The notes below the pieces were generated by a model that ran no database searches, had not been told where the DNA came from, and saw only the letters and a list, made by a program, of their open reading frames with translations. Below, in pieces: positions 17,452-28,145 of a DNA stretch of 64,000 bases. Position 1 is the first letter of the stretch; each line of letters begins with the position of its first letter. The stretch lies in NCBI GenBank assembly GCA_041674285.1, contig JBAYVZ010000003.1:20606-84605 (forward strand), written 5' to 3'. The stretch comes from Minisyncoccota bacterium. GTDB taxonomy: Bacteria; Patescibacteriota; Minisyncoccia; Phycocordibacterales; UBA9973. The position numbers and the translations under genes are program-made.

Positions 17452-18030
17452 CTAGCTTTTAATTTGCTGATCAAAAGTAAACACTGAGTAATCACGAAGT
17501 TTTATACCATAATGACGTTCGTATATAACCCCAGCACTATAACGAACAGCAGTAGATAAATCAAAACCTAAATCTGTCGCCACCTTTTCTACCTTTTCCA
17601 AACTCTTCCCTTCTATCTCTACATAATGAGGTATCAGTGGCCAAGAATCTATATCTATCTCCACATCATCCAAAATATAACGAGTTCTTTTGTTTTCTTG
17701 ATAATCCTCTTTTACTAGACCCAATTCGATCATCAAATCACAAGTTTTATCAAAATTATCAACTATGACTTCTGTCTCAAGCACAACAGAATCCTTGGTT
17801 ATATGTTCACGAGATATAAAATCTTTAACCTTCTTATGCGTCAGAGTCACCTTTTCCCCTTCATCACGAATACGTATATGGGCACCAGATCCAGCAAGTC
17901 GATGATCTGGGTAATCAAAGTGAACTCTTTTATAAAAGAAATCTCCGACTTTTATCGCCCCTAATTTTTCCAATTTAGAAACAAGCTCTGCAACATTAAC
18001 CTCTAAAAATTTTATCTCAATTTCTTCCAT
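17452..18030 (-). CDS. CYTH-domain protein
   Basis: EIEIKF, IRIR, ENKR, IDSWP, YVEIE. Confidence 0.88.
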   Translation of the reverse strand: MEEIEIKFLEVNVAELVSKLEKLGAIKVGDFFYKRVHFDYPDHRLAGSGAHIRIRDEGEKVTLTHKKVKDFISREHITKDSVVLETEVIVDNFDKTCDLMIELGLVKEDYQENKRTRYILDDVEIDIDSWPLIPHYVEIEGKSLEKVEKVATDLGFDLSTAVRYSAGVIYERHYGIKLRDYSVFTFDQQIKS

Positions 18031-18031
18031 A

Positions 18032-18544
18032 TTATTTTTGCCAAGCTTTTACTGATAAGGCGACCTCTTCTGCAATACCATCGATACACTCATAATTTTT
18101 TACTTCTACTTCATCAACCCAAGCATAATCTGTAAATGCCCCATCTTCTAGGACAATATCTCCACTCTTGTATTTAGCCGTAAATTTTACCAAGACAACA
18201 GGAACTTCATCTGGCCTAATAAATGTCTTACTATTTATGTAACGAATCTCAGAGAATATCTCAATACCCGCCTCCTCCATAGCCTCTCTGACTAATAATC
18301 TCTCAATCATATCATTATAGTCTAAAATATCTCCATTTATATGATCTGGATTTTCAACTGGCATATCACCCCACTCTAACTTACCCCCTATTACCCCATA
18401 CCTACCAGGATGAGCAATCTCTCTATCACTACGCTTTAAAATTAGACATTTTTTATCGCTATCGCGATATACTACAACATTCGCAACAAAATAAAATAAT
18501 TTGTCTTTCTTTGCTTTTTCAATTGAAATCTGTTTTGCGGTCAT
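18032..18544 (-). CDS. NUDIX hydrolase
   Basis: GGKLE...(insert)...REAMEEAG Nudix box. Confidence 0.85.
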   Translation of the reverse strand: MTAKQISIEKAKKDKLFYFVANVVVYRDSDKKCLILKRSDREIAHPGRYGVIGGKLEWGDMPVENPDHINGDILDYNDMIERLLVREAMEEAGIEIFSEIRYINSKTFIRPDEVPVVLVKFTAKYKSGDIVLEDGAFTDYAWVDEVEVKNYECIDGIAEEVALSVKAWQK

Positions 18545-18560
18545 ATTATTTATTATAATT

Positions 18561-19703
18561 TTATAAGCCTGAATCTTTTTTCTTAATTTCATAATTAAAA
18601 TAAGATTGTGGTTTGCTCTCGTCAGAAATAGGTTCAAACCCTTTTTCCTCTAATAGCTTATTAACTTCTTCAATAGAATAATAACCCTGTTGTTGGCCTG
18701 TTATTTCACGAAAACGATAGCCTTGAAAGAATAATTTCTGATTTGGATTTCTAAAATTTTCTTTTTTTATATCAGGCTCTATATTAGTAGTATCGGAGAT
18801 TTCCTGTGTATCATTTTTAATAACCTCAACTTTTGGTGCTGGAGTATTTTGCGTCTCTTTTATTTTATTACCAATGATTTCTTTTCCATTTTTTAAATTC
18901 TCGTTCAAGACAACTTTTATACTAGGCTCTCTAAATTTTGGGGAATATATTATTCTTGTGTAGGTCTTATCGTCGCTAACTTCTCCCCCTAACCACATTT
19001 CTCCATACTCACCAAGTACAACATATTTTCTGTTTGTAGTAATTTTTTTTTCTTTTTCATCCCAAGAAATAGGTTTTATCCCCCTCTCCTGGAAACTTGA
19101 ATCTATTTCCTTAAAATCAAATTGAGTAAGTGGCTTATTGTTTGGGTCTGGCCTGATAAATTCTACGCAAGTAAACAAATAATTTATGCGACCTAAAAGA
19201 TGATCTTTTTCATCAACAGAAGTTATTTTTTCATTTTCCTCGATTTTTTTAAACAGAATAACTCTCATTTCTTTTTTTATAAGAGATTCATTTTTAATAT
19301 AATTTGAATTCTTAACATCTAATGGCATATCAACTTTACAATCTACTCCATATTTATGCAGAACCTCAACATCTTTTTCATCCAATTTTTGATATATATT
19401 TTCAATATATTTACTCATTAATTCATGAGATTCTTTTTCAGCTTCTGGTGTTTGAATAAGGTTGAATTCTGACTGAACATGGTCACGATACTTAATATAC
19501 AACTCATTGCTATCATTATAAGCCTTTAATCTTTGGTCATTTATATCTTCAACCTTAACTAAATTAGAATTTTTATTTTGTGTATCCAGAGGCTTTGTTT
19601 CTTTTGCTGCAAAAGCAGCAGCCCCAGTCATACCAACAAGAGCCCCGGTCTTTACTACCTTCTTAATCCCCTCTTTTGCTCTGTTGAAAAATCCTTCTTT
19701 CAT
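18561..19703 (-). CDS. Hypothetical protein with N-terminal hydrophobic anchor
   Basis: 380-aa ORF; GALVGMTGAAAFAA segment. Confidence 0.65.
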   Translation of the reverse strand: MKEGFFNRAKEGIKKVVKTGALVGMTGAAAFAAKETKPLDTQNKNSNLVKVEDINDQRLKAYNDSNELYIKYRDHVQSEFNLIQTPEAEKESHELMSKYIENIYQKLDEKDVEVLHKYGVDCKVDMPLDVKNSNYIKNESLIKKEMRVILFKKIEENEKITSVDEKDHLLGRINYLFTCVEFIRPDPNNKPLTQFDFKEIDSSFQERGIKPISWDEKEKKITTNRKYVVLGEYGEMWLGGEVSDDKTYTRIIYSPKFREPSIKVVLNENLKNGKEIIGNKIKETQNTPAPKVEVIKNDTQEISDTTNIEPDIKKENFRNPNQKLFFQGYRFREITGQQQGYYSIEEVNKLLEEKGFEPISDESKPQSYFNYEIKKKDSGL

Positions 19704-19705
19704 TT

Positions 19706-22435
19706 TTAATTTCTGTATTTATCCATAATCTCCTCCTCTACTTCCTCGCGGTCACGACCGTATTTTAGATATGACAGTTCCTTTATGCTCTCTACTATCG
19801 CCATATTCCCCTGAGGTGGAGCAAATGTAGCTATATTGAATGGCTTTGTAGGCTGACCATTCACGAGCATAGACATATACGCATTTCTATTATCAATCTT
19901 CATGATATCCTTGGCTGTGAATACAGGCTTGAATTTGCTTTCGAGGAATTCTGCATCTTCAGCACCCACTCGGAATACAGTCATAGAACCTACGTTCCCA
20001 AATACTGCATTCTTTATATTGTCCTCGAGCTGAGCGATGTACTGGTGAGCGATAGTTAGAGACAGTCTATACTTACGAGCTTCTGACAAAATAGATTCAA
20101 TAGCATCTGTAGTCACATTTTGGAACTCGTCGATATATAGATAGAAGTCATTCATCTTTTGCCCGTACATATCCACACGAGAGAGTGCGGCCATCTGGAT
20201 CTTGCCCACGATCAGCATTCCGATCAGATTGGCATTGATCTCCCCGAGGCGACCCTTTGAAAGATTCACGAGTAATATCTTTTTATTGTCCATGATGTCT
20301 CGGAAGTTGAATACTGATTTTTCTTGGAGTACTACGGGGCGCATAATATCGTTCGAGATAAAGTTGTCGAACTTTGAAGTCAGGTATGGCACAAAGTTAG
20401 CAAGAGATTGATCCCCTGTCGTCTGTTCAGCATTGACCCAGAATTGTTTGATGATTGGATTTTTACAATGCTCGAGTTTCATATCACGAAAAGCCTTGTC
20501 GGAAAGAACACGTCCGATCTCAAGGAGGGTCGAACCACTCTCTGGGTGCTCCATAACTAGGAATGCCGAGTTCTTGAAATACTGCTCAAACATAGGACCT
20601 CCAGAAGTCTTCATATCGAAAAGCTTGTTGAATATACCCATCAATTCATTCACAACAAAAGTCTTTTGCTCTGGATACTTTGGATCGAATTCAAGCATAT
20701 TCAGACCCATAGGGCGAGCTGTATACGCAGGGTCAAAGTAGATCACGTCATCTAGGCGCTCTGGTGGGATGTAAGATAGGATATCCTGAATATCTGTACC
20801 GTGTGGGTCTATATAGCACACACCGTGCCCTGCACGGATATCCTGAGCTATCATATTCTTCATAATCGTAGTCTTACCTGTACCAGTCTGACCGATGACA
20901 TACATATGTCGTACGCGATCCTCTGGTGCAAAGTATATAGTCTTGTCGATACCACGATAATCATTGTGCCCGAGTATGACACCTTCAGTACCCATCTCAA
21001 TAGGTGCGGGTGCGATACCTGCTTTTGCTTGTTTGAGCTGTGGAGAGTCACCGATACTGTATGGGAAGTGGAAAACAGTGGCCAATTCTTTTAAATTCAA
21101 TGGTATTGAATAATCCGTATCAAGAGTACGGTAAGTAAAATCATGAGCCAGACTCAAAAGGTCGCTCCCGTCTTTATGCTCGAAATCAAAACCATTTCTA
21201 TCTGCCTCAGTGAATTGATTGAATGAAGATTCCACGTCTTGAAGAATCTGATTTGCTCTGTCTTTAGTCTCGGCAGATACAAGGATGCGGATATTTGTCG
21301 TCATTATCGTACTCTTTACTTTTTCAGTGATAGACTCTACAGCAAAATCATTTACCTTTTTCTCTTCTTTTTCTTTATTTGTCCCAAAAAATATTTCAGA
21401 TGCGATTTTTCCAAATTCTTTACCGATCTGACGAGTTATCGATCGGGCATCTTTTACAGACATGCCATTTTTAACATCTTTCAAGATTCTATTGTATTCG
21501 ATAATCAGTCCATCACCCTCGGGCTGCATCACTATCTGTATAGAAGCCCCCTCTCCCTCTTTCTTTAGCTTTGTAAATACATTCAAAATAATATTAAGAG
21601 GATCATGATCAATCGCATCATATAATTTAATAGGATACACTTCATAGTTAGCGAGCTTTGCTATTGAGCCAGCGATCTCACCACCATCACGGAAGATATT
21701 GTAATCATCAGTCAAAAGATTAACCTTTGCATGAGGGTGAACTCCTAACAATTGCTTTTCAAAAAGATCAGCCTTTCGAGATGGCACTGCTGCATAAAAG
21801 ATAAATTGATCTGACCCTTCGGCAAGAGCCACCTCGAGAATAAAATGATCCCGACTATGATTCTGTCTATTGTCACCCACAGAGTGCATGCCCGCATAAA
21901 ACTGCTCCATAGCAGAGAGTAATTCTTTTAGGCTCTTTTTATCATTCTCATTGTCATTTGGATCTGGGAGTGTGATCTCAAATAGAGATATATCGAGGGC
22001 TTTGAAAAGTGGAGTACCCTCTTTGAGTCCTGGGACCTTGTGTGTGCTGTGCAGATACTCGATAAGGAAACGATTGAAATCATCATCCAGATGTGGATTT
22101 TTTAATTTTTCTACAACAGACAATGCGCTAGATACACCCTTTGAAAGTAGTATCCCCAATAATTCCTCCATCTTTGAATCATGGCTCTCTGGTTTTAATC
22201 TCAGGACGAGAGCTTCGTGCTCTTTTTTGTCCATAACAGCACTCTCGTGCATGACGGTCTCTGGCTGGTGATTCTTGTACTCACCTATCACACTGTGAGT
22301 GAGGGCCTCTTTGTTCACATCTTGACCCCCTTCTTTTAACTCGCGCTCACGCTCTGCTATATGAGCACGTAAAAAAACCAACTCCTCCTCTGGGGTTTTA
22401 AACTTGGGTGTATTATTTAAATTAAGTCCTTCCAT
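19706..22435 (-). CDS. VirD4/TraD/HerA-like P-loop ATPase (CPR-type)
   Basis: RHMYVIGQTGTGKT, IDPHG, LYIDEFQN, EARKY, AHQYIAQL. Confidence 0.88.
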   Translation of the reverse strand: MEGLNLNNTPKFKTPEEELVFLRAHIAERERELKEGGQDVNKEALTHSVIGEYKNHQPETVMHESAVMDKKEHEALVLRLKPESHDSKMEELLGILLSKGVSSALSVVEKLKNPHLDDDFNRFLIEYLHSTHKVPGLKEGTPLFKALDISLFEITLPDPNDNENDKKSLKELLSAMEQFYAGMHSVGDNRQNHSRDHFILEVALAEGSDQFIFYAAVPSRKADLFEKQLLGVHPHAKVNLLTDDYNIFRDGGEIAGSIAKLANYEVYPIKLYDAIDHDPLNIILNVFTKLKKEGEGASIQIVMQPEGDGLIIEYNRILKDVKNGMSVKDARSITRQIGKEFGKIASEIFFGTNKEKEEKKVNDFAVESITEKVKSTIMTTNIRILVSAETKDRANQILQDVESSFNQFTEADRNGFDFEHKDGSDLLSLAHDFTYRTLDTDYSIPLNLKELATVFHFPYSIGDSPQLKQAKAGIAPAPIEMGTEGVILGHNDYRGIDKTIYFAPEDRVRHMYVIGQTGTGKTTIMKNMIAQDIRAGHGVCYIDPHGTDIQDILSYIPPERLDDVIYFDPAYTARPMGLNMLEFDPKYPEQKTFVVNELMGIFNKLFDMKTSGGPMFEQYFKNSAFLVMEHPESGSTLLEIGRVLSDKAFRDMKLEHCKNPIIKQFWVNAEQTTGDQSLANFVPYLTSKFDNFISNDIMRPVVLQEKSVFNFRDIMDNKKILLVNLSKGRLGEINANLIGMLIVGKIQMAALSRVDMYGQKMNDFYLYIDEFQNVTTDAIESILSEARKYRLSLTIAHQYIAQLEDNIKNAVFGNVGSMTVFRVGAEDAEFLESKFKPVFTAKDIMKIDNRNAYMSMLVNGQPTKPFNIATFAPPQGNMAIVESIKELSYLKYGRDREEVEEEIMDKYRN

Positions 22436-22501
22436 TCCTAAATTATATCATCAATGACATCTAAATAAAAAATACACCAGTCCGACTGGTGTATTTTTTA
22501 T

Positions 22502-23269
22502 TTAGATTTTAGTTAGAATTTCTGGGTCGCCTTCGGTGATGAGTATAGTGTGCTCAAAGTGAGCAGCACGTCCGCCATCCTCTGTCTTTACTGTATATCC
22601 ATCATCAGCGACATAGATATGAGCACTGCCCGATGTGAGCATAGGCTCTATGGCTACTACCATGCCTGGCACGAGCTTTGTACCCTTGCCTGCCTTGCCG
22701 TAGTTTGGGATGTATGGATCTTCATGAATCTTCTTGCCTACACCGTGCCCTGAGAGCTCTCTGACGATACCATAGCGATTGTGTACGAATGACTCGATGG
22801 CATAGCCTATATCACCTGTTGTAGCACCTCCACGAGCTGCCCAGATACCGATATCGAGTGCTTCACGGGTATCATCTAGCAGTCTCTGATCTCTCTTGGA
22901 TATTGCCCCTACGCCTACAGTCATAGCATGATCTGTATAGAGACCCTTGTACTTGATACCCAGGTCTATAGATACGATATCCCCCTCTTTTAGTATGATA
23001 CCTCTCTTTGGTATACCGTGGACAATCTCGCTATTCACAGATGAGCATAGTGTAGCTGGGTATGGCTTTGCATGACCCTCTGGGCGATAGTTCAGAAATG
23101 CAGGATCTCCACCCCTCTCCTTTATCAATTTATAAGCATACTGATCAAGCTCATAAGTAGAGATGCCTGGCGCCACCTTTTCGGCAACCAATGCTAAAAT
23201 CTCGGCGAGTATTTTACCCCCTTCCCTCAATATCTCGATCTCTTCTGCTGTTTTTATTATTACTGCCAT
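22502..23269 (-). CDS. map: Methionine aminopeptidase type I
   Basis: SVNSEIVHGIP, D..D, GHGVG..IHEDP, AIEPM, AHFEHT. Confidence 0.97.
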   Translation of the reverse strand: MAVIIKTAEEIEILREGGKILAEILALVAEKVAPGISTYELDQYAYKLIKERGGDPAFLNYRPEGHAKPYPATLCSSVNSEIVHGIPKRGIILKEGDIVSIDLGIKYKGLYTDHAMTVGVGAISKRDQRLLDDTREALDIGIWAARGGATTGDIGYAIESFVHNRYGIVRELSGHGVGKKIHEDPYIPNYGKAGKGTKLVPGMVVAIEPMLTSGSAHIYVADDGYTVKTEDGGRAAHFEHTILITEGDPEILTKI

Positions 23270-23307
23270 ATTTGCTTATATTATCCAATATATACCTTTT
23301 TTGCAAA

Positions 23308-24873
23308 CTAAAAAATTCTTTTTCTCCTTTGAGATACCCGGTCTGAGTGTCTAGAAAAGAAACACTTTCTTGGAATAGGTATCTTCATTTTTCTATAAAA
23401 ATTAAGCTCCTGATCTGTAATGATATAGTTTCTTCCTGTTTCTTCGCATCGTAAAATTTGATGCTTAATAGAATCATCAACATCTTCTATATTATCAGGT
23501 AGATTTTCCAAGGATAACGTCTCCCTACCTGTAGTAAATTGAATGTGATCAAAATAATTAAAACCGTGAGACAAGGCTTGTTCTTTTGTGAGAGGATAAT
23601 TATCCTGAGCTATGGTTTCGTTGTACCCAAAATGAGAATACTTTGATGGGAAGAATTCACCCCATTCTCCTGTGTTCTTCATATGAGCAATTATTTTCGT
23701 CTTAAGATCAAAATACTCCTGTTTTGAATATTGCTTGTTTAATATGCAATACTGAGCTTGCCTTAACCCAGAACATCCAAATAAGTCAGACGAACCAAAA
23801 CAATGCTCAACATAACAAACATCACTACATTTATATGAAAAAATAGTGAACAATGCCAAGCGGTCATTGTCTGGAGTAATACCTTCGTAGCACATCTCAT
23901 TCTCTCCCCCTACTAACATATCGTATCCATCTTTTATATCATTCCCATTTTCAAAAAATTTAACATTATGAAGGCGTCTGCCCGTATAACAATACTTTGC
24001 ATTATTACTATTCAAAAGCGCTTCACCTACACAATCAACACAATTAATCATAAATGGTTCACCTAAAGGAAAATTAGAAATAAGATTAGCGAATTCTTTT
24101 TTTGCTTCTTGTTGACCACTATAACTACCCAGCTTAAATTCAGATATTATTTTATGATAATCTTCTTTTGTATATTGCTCATTTTTGAACATATACTGTC
24201 CTCCACGCAACCCGACACACATAAAACAATCCTGAAGATTTCGGCAGTCATAACAAAAAGAGCTTGAAATCAAATTTTGAGAATAAAAGCAAAATTTACA
24301 ATCGTAACACTGGTTCAAAAATATTGATTCATATATTCTCTCTGACGCAAAAATATCCATCGAATCTACGACCTCTACAGCATTTGGACCTGATACCCCA
24401 TATGAGTACATGCAATCTTCATTCTTCCAAGCCATCGAAACCATATAAGAATTTTTTGCATAAGCTTCATTTTGAGTATACTCACAATTCACGCTACCAA
24501 TACCATCATCATTCATAAGTGCGATTAGAGGGACTTCTTTTTGGAGTTCATGGAATTGATCGAAAAATGGGCGCGAAAAATCAAAATCACGACCATAAGA
24601 TTTTGGATCCCAATTGTCGCTCCACCATTCTTTTACTGAATATACTTTCCTATCCTCTTCCGGAGAATAAAGAGATATTATATTTTTACCAGTAGAATCA
24701 CACTTTCTATTATAAAAAGTAAAATCATTCCTCCATGTCATCCTTCTTTGTCTGCGACACTGAGGGCAAAAAGTCGGTGCTGGTACACCGATCTTTTCAT
24801 AGAAAGAAAAATCATCAACCTCTATCACAAAAGTTTTCTTACAATTCTGACAATTTTTACTTTCAGGATTCAT
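23308..24873 (-). CDS. Cys-rich CPR-type protein with N-terminal zinc ribbon
   Basis: CQNCK..CPQCR, repeated C..C..C..CF, YCILNKQY, GEWGEFFP. Confidence 0.75.
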   Translation of the reverse strand: MNPESKNCQNCKKTFVIEVDDFSFYEKIGVPAPTFCPQCRRQRRMTWRNDFTFYNRKCDSTGKNIISLYSPEEDRKVYSVKEWWSDNWDPKSYGRDFDFSRPFFDQFHELQKEVPLIALMNDDGIGSVNCEYTQNEAYAKNSYMVSMAWKNEDCMYSYGVSGPNAVEVVDSMDIFASERIYESIFLNQCYDCKFCFYSQNLISSSFCYDCRNLQDCFMCVGLRGGQYMFKNEQYTKEDYHKIISEFKLGSYSGQQEAKKEFANLISNFPLGEPFMINCVDCVGEALLNSNNAKYCYTGRRLHNVKFFENGNDIKDGYDMLVGGENEMCYEGITPDNDRLALFTIFSYKCSDVCYVEHCFGSSDLFGCSGLRQAQYCILNKQYSKQEYFDLKTKIIAHMKNTGEWGEFFPSKYSHFGYNETIAQDNYPLTKEQALSHGFNYFDHIQFTTGRETLSLENLPDNIEDVDDSIKHQILRCEETGRNYIITDQELNFYRKMKIPIPRKCFFSRHSDRVSQRRKRIF

Positions 24874-24877
24874 ATTT

Positions 24878-25390
24878 TTATTTTACAAAACCAATACGTC
24901 TATTTTTGGGTTTTGATTCTTGCATTAAAAGCTGCTTGAGGACTTCAAAAACTTGACGGAGCTGGGTGTCGTATTTCTTCTCCATACCTTCTATTTTTTT
25001 TCTGAGTTTTATATTAGTTGAAAGTAATTCTCTAATCTTTGTAAATGTACGTATGATTTGAATATTTACTTGTATCGCCCTTTCACTATTTAAGATACTT
25101 GAAAGCATAGCTACACCTTGCTCGGTGAATACGTATGGTAATTGTGTTGAAAATTTAAGAGACTTTAGGTGGTCACAATTTGTGACCACCTTATCTTTCT
25201 CTTTACCATTTAATTGGAACATAAAATCTGATGGAAATCTTTTTATATTTCTCTTTACTGCTTGGTTTAAAACCTTAGTTTGAACACCGTAAAGAGAAGC
25301 TAGGTCAGTGTCCAACATAACTTTCTTCCCTCTTACTAGGAGTATATTACTGAGAATGATTTCATCTGGAATTAGAGTGACTTTCTTCAT
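24878..25390 (-). CDS. ORF6N-domain DNA-binding protein
   Basis: VRGKKVMLDTDLASLYGV, NQAVKRN..RFP.DFMFQL, FTEQGVAMLS, IGF. Confidence 0.92.
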   Translation of the reverse strand: MKKVTLIPDEIILSNILLVRGKKVMLDTDLASLYGVQTKVLNQAVKRNIKRFPSDFMFQLNGKEKDKVVTNCDHLKSLKFSTQLPYVFTEQGVAMLSSILNSERAIQVNIQIIRTFTKIRELLSTNIKLRKKIEGMEKKYDTQLRQVFEVLKQLLMQESKPKNRRIGFVK

Positions 25391-25414
25391 ATATAAATTA
25401 TAACACTAAAGTTT

Positions 25415-26101
25415 TTATTTTATTAACGTCCCTAAAAACTCTCTCCCATTTAAATAATTCTTTAAATTTTCTATATTCTTACCATTCATTATCACTACCT
25501 CGAGCCCTAGCTCTTCTGATTCACGGGCTGCTACTGGATCAAAGGGTGATGATAGTCCTGGGTGCCATTCATCTGGCAATATCTTTCTGAATTCTGCCCA
25601 AGTAGTATCCTCGATCTTTTTTGCATCAGGATATTTATTTGGATCTTTATCATAAGCAAAATCAATATTTGAAAGATTTATCACTCGTCCTGCATTTACT
25701 ATCCTAGCTACATGTACAGCAGCTAGATCGCTACTATTCCCCGGCTTCCATCCACCACCTACGATGATAGATTTATCTGTCTCGGGCATATGATCTGGAT
25801 CGAGAATTATATATGGATGAGCAAGACCGTTGAATGCTATACGTACGAGCTCTGCATTTAGCCTTGTAGCTGCTATACCCATCCAATCTAGATCCTCCTC
25901 TGTCGGAGATACAATACTCTTTAGATATTCATTATAATTCCTACATATCCTCCCCCCGCCTGTGATGATCACGAATTTAAAACCTTGATTTACAAATTCA
26001 GAAATTAATTTAACAAAAGATGACAAAAACGAAACATCTACCTCGTTTGGAACTACGAGTGATCCCCCCAAAGATATGACGATGCGCTTTTGTTTGTCCA
26101 T
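25415..26101 (-). CDS. pyrH: UMP kinase (archaeal-type)
   Basis: ISLGGS, GGGRICR, GI.ATRLNA, PG.SSD, YDKDP, PFDPVA. Confidence 0.92.
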   Translation of the reverse strand: MDKQKRIVISLGGSLVVPNEVDVSFLSSFVKLISEFVNQGFKFVIITGGGRICRNYNEYLKSIVSPTEEDLDWMGIAATRLNAELVRIAFNGLAHPYIILDPDHMPETDKSIIVGGGWKPGNSSDLAAVHVARIVNAGRVINLSNIDFAYDKDPNKYPDAKKIEDTTWAEFRKILPDEWHPGLSSPFDPVAARESEELGLEVVIMNGKNIENLKNYLNGREFLGTLIK

Positions 26102-26107
26102 TCTATT

Positions 26108-26698
26108 TTATATTCCTAGAGATTTAATAATATCAGTGTGGACTTGTTCTACAGATTGCTCTCCATTTATAGTCACCATATTGTAACCAGATTTACCTTC
26201 AAAGTATTTCATAGATGGCAATACGTTATTTATGTATTCATCAAAACGTGTCTCTATACCCTCATCTGTGTCATCTGTACGGGCACGTAGCTTCATGCGC
26301 TTCATCGCTTCCTCCTTGCCAACTTCTATATATATAACGTGAATATTTTCACGACTATAAAACTGCATAGCTTTTTCAAAACTTTCAGACTGTGAAATTG
26401 TCCTAGGATATCCATCAGAAATAAAAGACATCTTCTCTGTCATATTAGAAATTAATATATTTGTGAAAAGACTTGTTGTTAGAAAATCTGGGGCAAGCAA
26501 TCCCTTTTCTGAGATTTTTTTGACCAGTTGACCAGTATAGCCCCCATTGTCTACAATCTTTCGATATTCTACCCCTGGAGATATATAGATAACGTCTTCT
26601 ACTAATTTGTGCTCACTCAGATATTTATCCAAGAGTTCACCTTGTGTCCCCTTGCCAGAACCTGCTATTCCAAAAAATATAAATGTGTATGGTTTCAT
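26108..26698 (-). CDS. adk: Adenylate kinase
   Basis: GIAGSGKGTQ, DGYPRT, RTDD; downstream of secY. Confidence 0.9.
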   Translation of the reverse strand: MKPYTFIFFGIAGSGKGTQGELLDKYLSEHKLVEDVIYISPGVEYRKIVDNGGYTGQLVKKISEKGLLAPDFLTTSLFTNILISNMTEKMSFISDGYPRTISQSESFEKAMQFYSRENIHVIYIEVGKEEAMKRMKLRARTDDTDEGIETRFDEYINNVLPSMKYFEGKSGYNMVTINGEQSVEQVHTDIIKSLGI

Positions 26699-26745
26699 CT
26701 TATTAATATACCATAAAAAATCCCTCAATTAAATGAGGGAATTTT

Positions 26746-28017
26746 TTAGTACTCTCTCATCGAGAGCTCGGCTTCAATTTTCTTTATAATATCAAGCACT
26801 ACAGACACTACGATCAGGAGAGCTGTACCCCCTAGAGCAAAAGCAGTGATTCCAGTGATAGCCTTCATGACTAGAGGTAGAACAGCTATCACACCTAGGA
26901 ACACAGCTCCCATCAGAGTCACACGGTTCAATATCTTTGCGATATAGTCACGTGTAGCTATGCCTGGGCGGATACCTGGGATAAATGCACCGTTCTTCTG
27001 TAGATTCTCAGAAATTTGATTTGGATCAAATGTAACTGCTGTATAAAAATATGTAAATAGGAATACAAAAATAAAGTAGACTAGAGAGTATAACCATACA
27101 TTTTGTACGAACCATAGTAGAGCATCTCCTATTGCCTTTAATGTACCGTTTGACATCCCTGCTAGGAAATTACCAGCCATTTGAGGGAACAATAGTATAG
27201 ATAGAGCAAAGATTATAGGGATAACTCCTGATTGATTCACACGTAGAGGGATATAAGTCTCTGATCCACCAGTAGTAGCCCCACCACGGATTTGACGTGC
27301 ATAAGTCACTGGGATAGGACGCTCAGCCTCTGTGACAATAACTACACCCACGATTATCAATATTCCAACAACTAGGAATAGTAGGTACATAGGGATACTA
27401 GCTACATCAAAAGTAAATAGGAATTGATTCAACTCTTTATGGATATTCGCTACGATACCAGCAAAGATGATCAATGATACACCGTTACCAATACCAAATT
27501 CTGAAACTAGCTCACCGAGCCACATTAACAACATTGAACCAGCTACGATAACTGCTACGTTTGCAATCTGACCAAACACTGTTATATCACCGAGTACACC
27601 TTGCTGAGACAACAACATCATGAATGTAATACCTTGGATAATAGCAAGAGGTATAGTCAGTAGACGGCTGATGCGGTTGAATTTCTTCTTGCCAATCTCG
27701 CCATCTTCCTGATACATAGCCTTTATACGAGGTGACATGATAGTCACAAGCTGCATGATGATAGATGAAGTGATGTATGGGCCTACTCCAAGCATGATAA
27801 GAGAAAGATGAGACAATCCCCCACCAGAGAAGACATTCAATACTCCTAGGAATTGATTATTATTCAAAAACGCTTGTAGCTTCATAGCATCTACTCCAGG
27901 AATCGGAATAGCAGCTAGTAGACGAAACACCACCAATATAGCAAGAACAAACAAGACACGCTTTCGGAGCGCCTTGTCGGTAAAAACTGTTTTTATTTTA
28001 TGTAGAAACTTTTCCAT
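26746..28017 (-). CDS. secY: Preprotein translocase SecY
   Basis: LGVGPYITSSII, GIGNGVSLIIF, GVIPIIFA, FIPGIRPG. Confidence 0.98.
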   Translation of the reverse strand: MEKFLHKIKTVFTDKALRKRVLFVLAILVVFRLLAAIPIPGVDAMKLQAFLNNNQFLGVLNVFSGGGLSHLSLIMLGVGPYITSSIIMQLVTIMSPRIKAMYQEDGEIGKKKFNRISRLLTIPLAIIQGITFMMLLSQQGVLGDITVFGQIANVAVIVAGSMLLMWLGELVSEFGIGNGVSLIIFAGIVANIHKELNQFLFTFDVASIPMYLLFLVVGILIIVGVVIVTEAERPIPVTYARQIRGGATTGGSETYIPLRVNQSGVIPIIFALSILLFPQMAGNFLAGMSNGTLKAIGDALLWFVQNVWLYSLVYFIFVFLFTYFYTAVTFDPNQISENLQKNGAFIPGIRPGIATRDYIAKILNRVTLMGAVFLGVIAVLPLVMKAITGITAFALGGTALLIVVSVVLDIIKKIEAELSMREY

Positions 28018-28134
28018 CCTGTTAGAGATAGGTAGTCAAAAGACTACCGTATCTTATTAATTATTGTAAATAATATATATTATAAATAAACTCTCTAATC
28101 TATCTTATAAAACAACAAACGAATCTCTAACAGG
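28018..28134 (-). repeat. Start-codon-abutting inverted-repeat element, copy 3 (117 bp)
   Basis: IR CCTGTTAGAGAT/ATCTCTAACAGG; ATGGA on both sides; bulged hairpin. Confidence 0.9.
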
Positions 28135-28145
28135 ATCCATTAGTA

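Noticed and set aside
19706-22435. Conjugative element
   Set aside because: A lone VirD4-like ATPase with no relaxase, virB genes or integrase; such genes are typical chromosomal CPR content.
24878-25390. ORF6N gene as a prophage marker
   Set aside because: Solitary, with no other phage genes.
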